Assembly (NCBI GenBank): GCA_964613385.1
Contig: CAZTGZ010000006.1
Coordinates: forward strand, 37,778 to 101,777
Direction: 5' to 3'
DNA length: 64,000 nucleotides
Source of the DNA: an uncultured Chitinophagaceae bacterium
GTDB lineage: Bacteria; Bacteroidota; Bacteroidia; NS11-12g; UBA9320
Shown here piece by piece: positions 9,952 through 18,975 of this stretch (positions are counted from its first letter, which is position 1; each line of letters opens with the position of its first letter). Under the pieces are notes generated by a model. That model saw only the letters and a program-made list of their open reading frames with translations, did not search any database and had not been told where the DNA came from. A program made the translations under genes and the position numbers.

Positions 9952-11474
9952 TCTTTTTTGAGCAGCTTATTTATTTTTCTGACTGATGGCAATCTGGTAT
10001 AGGGCCAGGTATTTTGAATAACACTGGAGTCCCTGAGATATAATAGTCCCGGATTTGAACGGATTATTGTTTTAAGGTTGGTCTCATCTCCATAATAAAA
10101 CTCAAAGCTCAGCTGTAAATCATGTCTGAGTTTTTCAGCATCGGCGGGACTGGCAGAAGTAAGGGCAATAAACGGGATTTCGTTTTGTTGTATTTCAAGG
10201 GCAAGTTTTTTAATCTTTTGCCAGGTTCTTGGATGAATTCTTTCAAGTTTTCTGACAACGAGCAAAAACTTCTGATCTCCGGAATTGAAAAAACTATCCA
10301 CGAAATCCATTTCCCCCTGTGCGTCAAACATGTGAAAATCATGGATGGGTGGCTGATAGGCTTTTTCTATAATTTTCTCATTTTTAATAGAATAGTATGA
10401 CCACTCTGAATAGTCTAGTTTAGGGGTGAATGAGTTCTTATCCGAATCATAAATGACTTCTTTTAATTCACCTTGTTCGTTTTTATATAAGTATGTGATT
10501 ACAACATGATCATTGAGCCGCTCACCAGAAGGAATTTTCATGAGTTCCTTGACGTTATTGCCGGGCTTAAAAGGCAGAAAATTGTAAACAGGCAAGTAGT
10601 ATCGGCAGTAGATCGCAAATGAAGTTGCAAAAATGCTGATGAAGGCCAGAAAGTTGATGGAAAAAAAGATACTGAAGAGGGGCTTTATTTTTCTATGACC
10701 GAGAAGAAATAATAAAGACAAAATGGTCAGGACAACATCTTTATAAAACGAATGATGGGGTGTCAGCTTTAAAGCATCTCCGAAACATCCGCAATCGGTC
10801 ACTTTGTTATAAGTAGCAGAGTACCAGGTCAAAAATGTAAAAAACAACATCATCGACAACACCAAAGAACCGATAAGCAGTGGATTAAAGCCAATGAGCA
10901 GCGCGAAACCCAATAGGATTTCAATCACGGATATGAGAATCGCAAATATGAGGGCGTATTTCTTCATATTCCTGAAAGTAGCTGCCCAATACGAGTCCTT
11001 TTTAATGAGCTTAACGACAGGGATTTTGCGTTCTTTGCTAAGATTTATTCCGGATTGAATATCTATTTTTTCATTAATAAGAGGTGCATTTCCGGTGAAG
11101 AGCTGACAATTGAATGTGGTATCTGAGCTTATATCAGTTTGGTAGATGACTTGATTGTTGAATAGCAGATAGAATTTTGATTTCAGTAGGGTATCAGGAT
11201 TCAGGGAGTCTCCGGTCAATGTGGTTTCCCAATTTCCACACTGAAAAGCCATGGTTACGGAACTGTCGTTTGTGACCAAAGATCTGCTGAGAATCAGCGA
11301 ATCGTCAATCCGCACCGCCAAAGTATCCTGAACTGCTTTTAAATCTTCAGAAAAAACGGTGAAATATTCTTCCAGTTTGTAAGAAAAACCGGTTGGGTCA
11401 TTGGCTTTGATCAAACCGGACAGTATCAACAACAATCCAATCAGAAATCTGCTGTATTGTGCGAGCCATTTCAT
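9948..11474 (-). CDS. DoxX/MauE-like integral membrane protein with C-terminal thioredoxin-like domain
   Basis: N-terminal signal/TM helix, then a soluble domain, then a multi-TM core containing CGCFGD (MauE/DoxX-like), then a C-terminal thioredoxin-like region. 4-nt overlap with the upstream gene. Confidence 0.5.
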   Translation of the reverse strand: MKWLAQYSRFLIGLLLILSGLIKANDPTGFSYKLEEYFTVFSEDLKAVQDTLAVRIDDSLILSRSLVTNDSSVTMAFQCGNWETTLTGDSLNPDTLLKSKFYLLFNNQVIYQTDISSDTTFNCQLFTGNAPLINEKIDIQSGINLSKERKIPVVKLIKKDSYWAATFRNMKKYALIFAILISVIEILLGFALLIGFNPLLIGSLVLSMMLFFTFLTWYSATYNKVTDCGCFGDALKLTPHHSFYKDVVLTILSLLFLLGHRKIKPLFSIFFSINFLAFISIFATSFAIYCRYYLPVYNFLPFKPGNNVKELMKIPSGERLNDHVVITYLYKNEQGELKEVIYDSDKNSFTPKLDYSEWSYYSIKNEKIIEKAYQPPIHDFHMFDAQGEMDFVDSFFNSGDQKFLLVVRKLERIHPRTWQKIKKLALEIQQNEIPFIALTSASPADAEKLRHDLQLSFEFYYGDETNLKTIIRSNPGLLYLRDSSVIQNTWPYTRLPSVRKINKLLKKE

Positions 11475-12031
11475 ACCGAATCTTCTTTTAAGCGAATCAG
11501 GGCAAACACCGCGTAATTTAAAATATCCTGATAATTTGAGGCAATACCTTCAGATATGAGCGTTTTCCCTTGATTGTCTTCTATTTGACGAATGCGAAGT
11601 AATTTGGATAAAATGAGATCTGTATATGTTTTAATTCGCATTTCCCTCCAGGCTTCACCGTAATCGTGATTTTTTTGCTGCATGAGATGTTTGCAAGCAT
11701 GAACTTCCTGGTCATACCCTTCCAGCAATTCCTGCAAATTTTGAACTTCTAGTGTTTCTGAACCCTGCAAAATCATGAGTCCCATAATGCAGTAATTTAC
11801 AATCCCTGCATATTCATCGAATATATTCTCCTGAACCTTTTGTTCCCCTTTTTCTTCAATACTTCTAAGCCTGCTCGCTTTGATAAAAATTTGATCTGTA
11901 ACAGATGATGAGCGCAAAATCTTCCAACTCGTACCGTAGTCATTATTCTTCTTTAAAAAAATTTCCCGGCAATATTGAACTACTTCATCGTACTGTTTGT
12001 CGGTTTCAGAATAAGTCAAAGCAATGTCCAT
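11471..12031 (-). CDS. hypothetical protein, DUF1599-like
   Basis: 186-aa helical protein. Resembles the DUF1599 family that commonly neighbours folP in Bacteroidota. Assigned from memory, not from a search. Confidence 0.45.
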   Translation of the reverse strand: MDIALTYSETDKQYDEVVQYCREIFLKKNNDYGTSWKILRSSSVTDQIFIKASRLRSIEEKGEQKVQENIFDEYAGIVNYCIMGLMILQGSETLEVQNLQELLEGYDQEVHACKHLMQQKNHDYGEAWREMRIKTYTDLILSKLLRIRQIEDNQGKTLISEGIASNYQDILNYAVFALIRLKEDSV

Positions 12032-12058
12032 TAATATTGCAATAATAATCTCAAATCA

Positions 12059-12916
12059 TTGAAAAAGGGTAGACCAGCCAATTCAATCCTCCTGAAAGGT
12101 GAAATTATCGACCTGACAAGTCCTGTAATCATGGGAATTTTGAATATTACCAATGACTCATTTTACTCGGGAAGCAGAGCAACAGATAGAGATGATATTC
12201 TAAAGAAAACAGAAAAACACTTACTCGAGGGGGCTACTTTTATCGATATTGGAGGTTACAGCAGCAGGCCTGGTGCAATCGATATATCCTATGAGCTGGA
12301 ATTGGAGCGTGTCATGTCTGCTGTTACGTGTATTCTGGAGGCGTTTCCGGAAACCATAATATCTGTTGACACATTCAGGGCATCTGTAGCAAAGGAAGCC
12401 ATACAGGCAGGAGCAAGCATCATTAATGATATTTCCGCTGCTGAGGATGACATGGATATGCCGGATGTTATGGCAGAACTAAATGTACCGGTTATTCTCA
12501 TGCATAAGCAGGGAAAACCATCTACCATGCAGTTGAACCCTCAGTACGCAGATGTTACTACTGAAGTGATATCGTACCTGTTACATCGCACACAGTTGCT
12601 CAAGTCCAAAGGGGTGAAAGACATCATTTGGGACCCTGGTTTTGGATTTGGTAAAACGCTGGAACATAATTATCAACTTCTGAGACAATTAGGGGAATTA
12701 AGCATATTTGGCTTTCCAATATTGGCCGGTATTAGTCGTAAATCCATGATAACCAAAGTGTTAAATATTCCAAATTCAGAAGCTTTAAATGGAACCACGG
12801 CCATGCACATGTTGGCATTACAGGGTGGAGCTAAAATTCTCAGAGCACATGACGTAAAGGAAGCTGCCCAGTGCATTCGGTTGTTCGAAGAGTTTATGCA
12901 CACCGATATTCCTTAA
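12059..12916 (+). CDS. folP: dihydropteroate synthase
   Basis: KGEIIDLTSPVIMGILNITNDSFYSGS aligns with E. coli FolP (QGTSLDLSHPHVMGILNVTPDSFSDGG). The alignment requires a start upstream of the first ATG, so probably the TTG at 12059. Confidence 0.9.
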   Translation: MKKGRPANSILLKGEIIDLTSPVIMGILNITNDSFYSGSRATDRDDILKKTEKHLLEGATFIDIGGYSSRPGAIDISYELELERVMSAVTCILEAFPETIISVDTFRASVAKEAIQAGASIINDISAAEDDMDMPDVMAELNVPVILMHKQGKPSTMQLNPQYADVTTEVISYLLHRTQLLKSKGVKDIIWDPGFGFGKTLEHNYQLLRQLGELSIFGFPILAGISRKSMITKVLNIPNSEALNGTTAMHMLALQGGAKILRAHDVKEAAQCIRLFEEFMHTDIP

Positions 12917-13008
12917 TGGTTTGTTTACGTTTGGGTTATATAGATTGAAGTCATTTGCAGTGATTCTTAAATGAATCATCTGCTATAAGTATTTTTCATC
13001 TTGGTTTG

Positions 13009-13044
13009 CAGCAAAACATTTTTTAATGTTTTGCTGTTTTTTTT
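13009..13044 (+). terminator. intrinsic terminator after folP
   Basis: Perfect 12-bp inverted repeat CAGCAAAACATT/AATGTTTTGCTG with a TTTT loop, followed by T8. The T-tract overlaps the stop of the convergent TPR gene. Confidence 0.7.
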
Positions 13045-13834
13045 ATGGAAGATTCTTCTTTCCAAATTCCAATATTTCTTCAGCAGATTTTCCGATTAAC
13101 TTGTTATCTATCAAGTAAGCTGCTTGTTTTCCTTCTTCCGTATCGGGGAATTCTGACCGGAGTCGGGCATAATATATTTTGGCACTGTCGAGAAGGTTTA
13201 ATTCATTTTCATATAGAAAGGCAATGGTTTGTAGGGAGGAAGCATTTTTTGGATTCTTTGGCTCCTTAAAGATTGAAAATTTATGGGACGCAATAGCATC
13301 GTTATAAGCCGCAACTGTCTGATAAATATAAGCGGCTTTTTTCGAATCGGTAGAAGCCTGTTGATTGTTTTGAGCTTTCTCAGCATTCTTTTGATAACTG
13401 AGCGCCAAATCCAATTGGTCGGCAACTGACAAAGGACGGAGTTTGCCGGATTCAAGAAAATAATAAATAGCACTGTCGAATCGGTTTTCAATCTGGTAAA
13501 TCTTAGCCAGGTTCTGATAAGTTGAAGGTAATTCTGCTCCGGCAGGATAGTTCTTTACATACATAAATGACAGTGACTTGGCAGTGACGTTATCCTTTTT
13601 AAGCCCGGCTTGCATGGCTGCATAATTCAGATAATAGGAGCTTTTTGCTTCTTTTGGATAGCGTGTAGCGTATTCAATATAATAAGTGTATAAGGAATCA
13701 AGGGCAGATGGAGAAGTCGCTCCATGTTCCAATCGTTTAATTTTCTTTTCGAGCTTAAGTTTTGGGTCTGTGCATGAAGCGACTAAGCTCAATACCAATA
13801 CGTAATAGATATATTTATTCATGATAATTTTCAT
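13043..13834 (-). CDS. TPR-repeat lipoprotein
   Basis: Lipoprotein signal (LVASC). Repeated TPR-like helical hairpins rich in A/Y/L. Confidence 0.6.
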   Translation of the reverse strand: MKIIMNKYIYYVLVLSLVASCTDPKLKLEKKIKRLEHGATSPSALDSLYTYYIEYATRYPKEAKSSYYLNYAAMQAGLKKDNVTAKSLSFMYVKNYPAGAELPSTYQNLAKIYQIENRFDSAIYYFLESGKLRPLSVADQLDLALSYQKNAEKAQNNQQASTDSKKAAYIYQTVAAYNDAIASHKFSIFKEPKNPKNASSLQTIAFLYENELNLLDSAKIYYARLRSEFPDTEEGKQAAYLIDNKLIGKSAEEILEFGKKNLP

Positions 13835-14189
13835 ATTGTCCTGTTGCTAATAATACCAAGGTACAAGCCTCAACTACCTGAATTCCCGCAGCCCTGAGCT
13901 TTGCGTATACAGGTGGATTTTCAGTTCCCGGATTAAAGATAATCCTTGATGGACTAAGCGATAACCAATAATCGATCTGCTTATCTTGTAGGCTCGGGTT
14001 AATATACAAGGTTATGGTTTCTATATCTGGAAGATTAACCGGAGCATCAAAGCTGGTTTTACCGAATATTTCGATCCTGCGGTTAGAAATCATTTCAAAT
14101 GGCAAAGATGCCCTGGTAAGCTTATACGCTGCCTGATAGGAAGCCCTTTCCGGTTTTGAACTCGCACCTATGATTAAAGTTTTACCCAT
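13815..14189 (-). CDS. CoA-binding domain protein
   Basis: 124 aa. N-terminal KTLIIGASSKPERASY matches the Rossmann-like GAS motif of CoA-binding proteins. It directly abuts the purB stop. Confidence 0.6.
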   Translation of the reverse strand: MGKTLIIGASSKPERASYQAAYKLTRASLPFEMISNRRIEIFGKTSFDAPVNLPDIETITLYINPSLQDKQIDYWLSLSPSRIIFNPGTENPPVYAKLRAAGIQVVEACTLVLLATGQYENYHE

Positions 14190-15536
14190 TTATCTCCCGG
14201 TATAATTTTCTGGTTTGAGGGCGAGAAGTTCCTCTTTCACAGAATTGCTGATGTTCAAAGTTTGAATGAAAGAGTGCAGGCTTTCTTTTGTAATGGCCTC
14301 GTTGGTGCGGGTTAGTTGTTTTAAAGCTTCATAGGGTTTCTCGAAGCCTTCACGTCTCAATATGGTTTGAATGGCTTCTGCCAGTACCGCCCAATTTTGA
14401 TCCAGGTCCCTTCGTATAGCATCCCTGTTCAACAGAAGTTTAGACATTCCTTTAGACAGACTTTGGCAAGCTATGAGCGTATGAGCCAGGGGTACCCCGA
14501 TATTTCTCAAAACCGTACTGTCAGTTAAATCTCTCTGGAGGCGGGAGATGGGAAGTTTTGAAGATAGAAATTCCAGCATACTGTTGGCCAGGCCTAAATT
14601 TCCCTCAGCATTTTCGAAATCAATGGGATTGACTTTATGTGGCATCGCAGAACTCCCAACTTCACCGGGTTTGATTTTTTGTTTGAAATACTCCATGCTG
14701 ATATATGTCCAAACATCCCGGCAAAAATCAATGAGTATGGTGTTTATCCGCTTCATGGCATCAAACAATGCGGCTAAGTTGTCGTAATGTTCAATTTGTG
14801 TTGTCGGTTCTGAACGATTCAAACCAAGGGCACGGGTGAAATCTCTGGCGAATTCATGCCAATCAATTTCCGGATAGGCGGCATAATGCGCATTCATGTT
14901 GCCGGTAGCTCCGCCGAACTTACATGAAAATGGAATTTCATGAAGCTGTCTCAATTGTTCTTTCAGGCGCACTTCGAAAACCTTCCATTCCTTGCCAAGA
15001 AAAGTTGGAGATGCCGGTTGACCATGGGTTCTTGCCAGCATAGGTATTTCTTTCCATTCTTCAGCCTGTGCACCAATATGGTCGATAACATTTTCAACCA
15101 CCGGCAACCATACCAGTTGCATACACTGTTTTAAACTGAGCGGAATAGCTGTATTGTTGATGTCTTGAGATGTAAGTCCAAAGTGCACCCATTCTGATAA
15201 ATCCCCTAAATTCAGATCGGTCACCAAATCTTTGACAAAATACTCGACAGCTTTTACATCATGATTGGTCGTTTGTTCTGTTTCCTTCACAGCCAAAGCA
15301 TCGCTCATATTAAATTGATAGGCTCTTGTTTTGAGCGCATCTGATAATTGGTCCACCCTTCGCTCATCATCCAGTGAACAAATCTTCTTCACCAAAGCAA
15401 TGAAATATTCCGTCTCTACGATTACTCTGTATTTTATCAATCCGAATTCGGATAAAAATGGCGCCAGCTCTTCACATTTAGACCTGTATCTGCCATCTAT
15501 TGGTCCAATGGCGGTGAGTTCGGTGAGTTCAATCAT
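14190..15536 (-). CDS. purB: adenylosuccinate lyase
   Basis: 448 aa. Fumarate-lyase signature GSSAMPHKVNP; conserved PurB N-terminus LTAIGPIDGRY. Confidence 0.9.
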   Translation of the reverse strand: MIELTELTAIGPIDGRYRSKCEELAPFLSEFGLIKYRVIVETEYFIALVKKICSLDDERRVDQLSDALKTRAYQFNMSDALAVKETEQTTNHDVKAVEYFVKDLVTDLNLGDLSEWVHFGLTSQDINNTAIPLSLKQCMQLVWLPVVENVIDHIGAQAEEWKEIPMLARTHGQPASPTFLGKEWKVFEVRLKEQLRQLHEIPFSCKFGGATGNMNAHYAAYPEIDWHEFARDFTRALGLNRSEPTTQIEHYDNLAALFDAMKRINTILIDFCRDVWTYISMEYFKQKIKPGEVGSSAMPHKVNPIDFENAEGNLGLANSMLEFLSSKLPISRLQRDLTDSTVLRNIGVPLAHTLIACQSLSKGMSKLLLNRDAIRRDLDQNWAVLAEAIQTILRREGFEKPYEALKQLTRTNEAITKESLHSFIQTLNISNSVKEELLALKPENYTGR

Positions 15537-15596
15537 AATCCGCGAAATTATGAATTACTTAAGAAGCAACTTCCATTCGACTTGTATCTTTGCAAA

Positions 15597-17144
15597 ATGA
15601 GAGCATCCTTTTACTTTTTGATGATTTGGTTTTTTGGATATGTACCATCATCCCAAGCCTTATTATTTCCTGAGAAAGTATCATTTGGCAATGTGATCAC
15701 AGGAGATAGTTCTGTAAAAAAAGTTTGGATTAAAAATGAAAGCAATTCCAGGCTCTCTCTAAGTTTTCATTTAAATGTCGGCAACTTTACACTGACACCA
15801 AGCGGATCAAGCCTTGACGCACAGGATAGCCTTGAAATGCAAATCAAATTTGCACCCGAACAAAACGTTATTTATCGAGGGTATATAATCATTTATACAA
15901 ATCAGGTACCCGGACAGCACTTGATCAGGCTCGAAGGAAATGGTAAGCTGTCCAATGCGTATTATGATGCTACATTTAATTTATATGATGAGGCACTCAA
16001 GTCGGCATTTAAGACCTTATTGGCTCAAGGATATCAGAGTTTAGGTTATAATTCTGCAAGGGATCAGATGTACGGATCGTTAGACAATCAATCCGGATGG
16101 GTAACCTGCGTATATACAGGCAGACAAGCTCAATTTAACACCAGATCGGGAGCCACGTCAAATAATTTTAATTGTGAACACACCTGGCCTCAGAGCCTGT
16201 TTAGCAGCAATGAACCCATGCGCAGCGATATACATCATTTATTTTCAACAGATGAATCCGCAAACGCCAAAAGAGACAACGATCCATTTGGCGCAGTTTC
16301 TTCTCCAACCTGGAGTGTGGGAGGAAGTAAATGGGCGTCATCGGTATTTGAGCCCAGAAATGAACAAAAGGGTGCAACCGCAAGGGCCATGTTTTATTTT
16401 GTTTTGAGGTATGAGAACTACAGTGGTTTTCTGAATGCGCAGGAGCAGGTGCTTCGAACCTGGCACGTTCAATATCCACCGGCAACCTGGGAAAAAACGA
16501 GAAACGATGGGATTTATGCCTTGCAGAAAAACAGAAACCCTTTGACTGACTTTCCGGGATTTTTGGATAGGATATATACTTTTTCGGGAAGTGGCAACCG
16601 ACCGTTCGTTTATCAGATACATTGGCAGCGGACATCACCCTCAACCATTCCGGCAGTTGAAAAGAAGATGCATGATACATTGTCATTGTGGATTTGCAAT
16701 TCAGCAACAGGATTATGGCGTATTGATTCGATGCGTACCAATGGAATTTGTTATCAGAATTTTCCGTTAGTATTAAATGCAGGAGAATGTGTTGAATTGA
16801 AGGTTTCGGAGCGCACAGATCCCTTACTTCCTGCTATAACCTTGTATTCTGAGAAAGGGATATATGAAGATAGTCTGAGATTTGTATACAAAAATGTGGG
16901 TTCTACCAGCTTTGTTAATTATCAACAGAAGCTTTTCCCCAATCCGGTTGATGGTGATGTATTGAAGTATCGGGGTGAAGCTTGTGAACTGACGATACGA
17001 GATATTTTAGGGAAGCTGGTCTTTTTCACCGATATAAAATCTGACTTTGACGAAATAGAAATTTCTAATCTAAAAACAGGTGTTTACTTTGCTACCATTA
17101 AAGTGGGGAACAAACTGCTTACAGAAAAAATTGTACGCAGATAA
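15597..17144 (+). CDS. secreted endonuclease I family nuclease with T9SS C-terminal sorting domain
   Basis: Signal peptide. Central NCEHTWPQS motif plus the surrounding endonuclease-I fold. C-terminal roughly 80 aa (KLFPNPVDGDVLKY...YFATIKVGNKLLTEKIVR) resembles a T9SS type-A CTD. Confidence 0.7.
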   Translation: MRASFYFLMIWFFGYVPSSQALLFPEKVSFGNVITGDSSVKKVWIKNESNSRLSLSFHLNVGNFTLTPSGSSLDAQDSLEMQIKFAPEQNVIYRGYIIIYTNQVPGQHLIRLEGNGKLSNAYYDATFNLYDEALKSAFKTLLAQGYQSLGYNSARDQMYGSLDNQSGWVTCVYTGRQAQFNTRSGATSNNFNCEHTWPQSLFSSNEPMRSDIHHLFSTDESANAKRDNDPFGAVSSPTWSVGGSKWASSVFEPRNEQKGATARAMFYFVLRYENYSGFLNAQEQVLRTWHVQYPPATWEKTRNDGIYALQKNRNPLTDFPGFLDRIYTFSGSGNRPFVYQIHWQRTSPSTIPAVEKKMHDTLSLWICNSATGLWRIDSMRTNGICYQNFPLVLNAGECVELKVSERTDPLLPAITLYSEKGIYEDSLRFVYKNVGSTSFVNYQQKLFPNPVDGDVLKYRGEACELTIRDILGKLVFFTDIKSDFDEIEISNLKTGVYFATIKVGNKLLTEKIVRR

Positions 17145-17157
17145 AAAAAACTAAAAC

Positions 17158-18906
17158 ATGAAGGCATTTTTTAAAATTGTATTGGCCACCCTGGTTGGTC
17201 AGGTAATTCTGTTGTTGATTTTGGTGCTTATTGGGCTGAGCGCTGTTTCTGGTCTTAAGAGAGAGGAAAAGAAAAGCATAGCGGATGGTTCGGTTTTACA
17301 TTTAAAACTTAATTCGGTAATATCAGATCAGGCACCTTCTGAAGATTTGGCCTTTTTCAACCAATTGAGTGGAGATATTTCAGCTCCATTGGGTTTGATT
17401 AATTTGGTGGAACGCATTAAGGTAGCTTCTAAGAATCCCAAAATAAAAGGGATATTTCTGGATCTGTCATTTTTTGAAGCCGGCTATGCGAAAGCGGATG
17501 AATTACATCGCGCAATGACAGACTTTAAAAAGAGCGGTAAATTTATATATGCATACAGCGATTTTTATTATAACAATACATACTATCTGGCGAGTTCTGC
17601 CGACAAGGTTTATATGAATCCACAAGGTGAAATGCTTTTTAATGGTTTGGTTTCAGATATTACATTTTTTAAAGGGGCATTAGAAAAGCTGGGCGTTGAT
17701 GTTCAAGTGATCAGAAGAGGCAAATTCAAAGGTGCTGTTGAGCCATTTACCCGCGATAATTTAAGTGAGGAGAATAAGGCACAGATTCAATCTTATATTG
17801 GATCTGTTTATGACGAATTGCTGAATGACATTGCGAAAAGCAGGAAAATGACTCCGGAAAGATTGAAGGAAATTGCCGGCGATATGTTGGTGAGAAGTCC
17901 GGAAGACGCAGTTAAATTTGGGTTGGTGGATCAGCTAAAATACAGAGATCAGGTATATGAATTAATCCGCAAGCAATTGAAGTTGAAAGAGGGAGATAAG
18001 ATTCCATTCATTCAACCGGGCGAAATTGAGTTGCCTGAATCGAGCGGAAAGTCTGAGATTGCCTTTGTATTTGCAAGTGGAGATATCGTTAATGGCGAGG
18101 GTCAAAACGGTGAAGTTGGGGCAGATAAATTTGCTTCTTTATTGAGGAAATTGCGCAAAGACAAAAAAGTGAAGGCAGTAGTTTTAAGGGTGGATAGCAG
18201 AGGTGGAAGCGCTTTGGCTTCAGATATCATCTGGAGGGAGACCATTTTATTGAAGGCGGCTAAGCCCTTAATCGTTTCGATGAGTGATGTGGCAGCCAGC
18301 GGCGGGTATTACATTGCTTGTGCTGCTGATACAATTGTAGCCTATCCGCAGACCATAACCGGCTCTATTGGTGTATTTGGTCTGGTTCCAAATGCTCAGA
18401 AATTGTTGAATGACAAATTGGGAATCAACAGTGAATACGTCGGAACGGGAAATTATTCGGACTTTGGCAGAATAGACCGAGCGCTTACTCCTCAGGAATA
18501 TGCAATTATTGACGGTATGGTAGGAAGGGTTTATGAAACGTTCAAGAAGCGTGTTGGGGATGGAAGAGGTATGACAGTTGAAATGGTGGACTCATTTGGT
18601 CAGGGCCGTGTTTGGACAGGAAGTATGGCAAAGGCACGCGGATTGGTAGATGTGATGGGTGGATATGAAAAGGCATTGGAAATTGCTGCTTTTAAGGCCG
18701 GATTAAAGGAATATGTTGTATCGGAATATCCTAAAAACCGTTCCGTATTTGAGGAATTGATGGGGAAATTTAATCAGGAAGAAACAGCAAGAAATATGTT
18801 GAAAAAAGAATTGGGTTCAGCTTATTCTACATACTTGAGTATCAGAAAGTTGAATGAACTGAGTGGGGTGGTTGCCTGGTTCCCGTATGAAATAAATTTT
18901 AAGTAA
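17158..18906 (+). CDS. sppA: signal peptide peptidase SppA (67K type)
   Basis: 582 aa. N-terminal TM helix and two ClpP/crotonase-like halves; SDVAASGGYYIA serine-nucleophile context. Confidence 0.85.
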   Translation: MKAFFKIVLATLVGQVILLLILVLIGLSAVSGLKREEKKSIADGSVLHLKLNSVISDQAPSEDLAFFNQLSGDISAPLGLINLVERIKVASKNPKIKGIFLDLSFFEAGYAKADELHRAMTDFKKSGKFIYAYSDFYYNNTYYLASSADKVYMNPQGEMLFNGLVSDITFFKGALEKLGVDVQVIRRGKFKGAVEPFTRDNLSEENKAQIQSYIGSVYDELLNDIAKSRKMTPERLKEIAGDMLVRSPEDAVKFGLVDQLKYRDQVYELIRKQLKLKEGDKIPFIQPGEIELPESSGKSEIAFVFASGDIVNGEGQNGEVGADKFASLLRKLRKDKKVKAVVLRVDSRGGSALASDIIWRETILLKAAKPLIVSMSDVAASGGYYIACAADTIVAYPQTITGSIGVFGLVPNAQKLLNDKLGINSEYVGTGNYSDFGRIDRALTPQEYAIIDGMVGRVYETFKKRVGDGRGMTVEMVDSFGQGRVWTGSMAKARGLVDVMGGYEKALEIAAFKAGLKEYVVSEYPKNRSVFEELMGKFNQEETARNMLKKELGSAYSTYLSIRKLNELSGVVAWFPYEINFK

Positions 18907-18922
18907 CTGTTTTAAACAACAT

Positions 18923-18939
18923 TTGTCATTTTTTTATGA
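18923..18939 (+). promoter_or_regulatory. conserved 17-nt upstream element TTGTCATTTTTTTATGA (copy A)
   Basis: Identical 17-mer recurs at 40961-40977. Both copies end exactly 37 nt before an ATG start. Each is followed by AATTGAT and a TAnnTTCG box. Confidence 0.4.
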
Positions 18940-18975
18940 CGATTTAATTGATATTTTCGCACATTCCAGAAGCGT

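Noticed and set aside
12917-13008. Possible small ncRNA in the 126-nt folP/TPR convergent spacer (second short hairpin TGATTC/GAATCA at about 12956-12977)
   Set aside because: Only a weak 6-bp AT-rich stem. The region is adequately explained by bidirectional termination. No promoter-like box was seen.
16201-16707. 168-aa and 94-aa minus-strand ORFs inside the endonuclease I gene
   Set aside because: Antisense or alternative frames of a well-supported coding region. Low-complexity basic sequence.
18923-18939. Interpretation of the shared 17-mer as a terminator T-tract or as terminal inverted repeats of a MITE/IS
   Set aside because: No GC-rich hairpin precedes either copy. The two copies are 22 kb apart in the same orientation, and no transposase or target-site duplication lies between or beside them. 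Retained as a regulatory-element finding instead.
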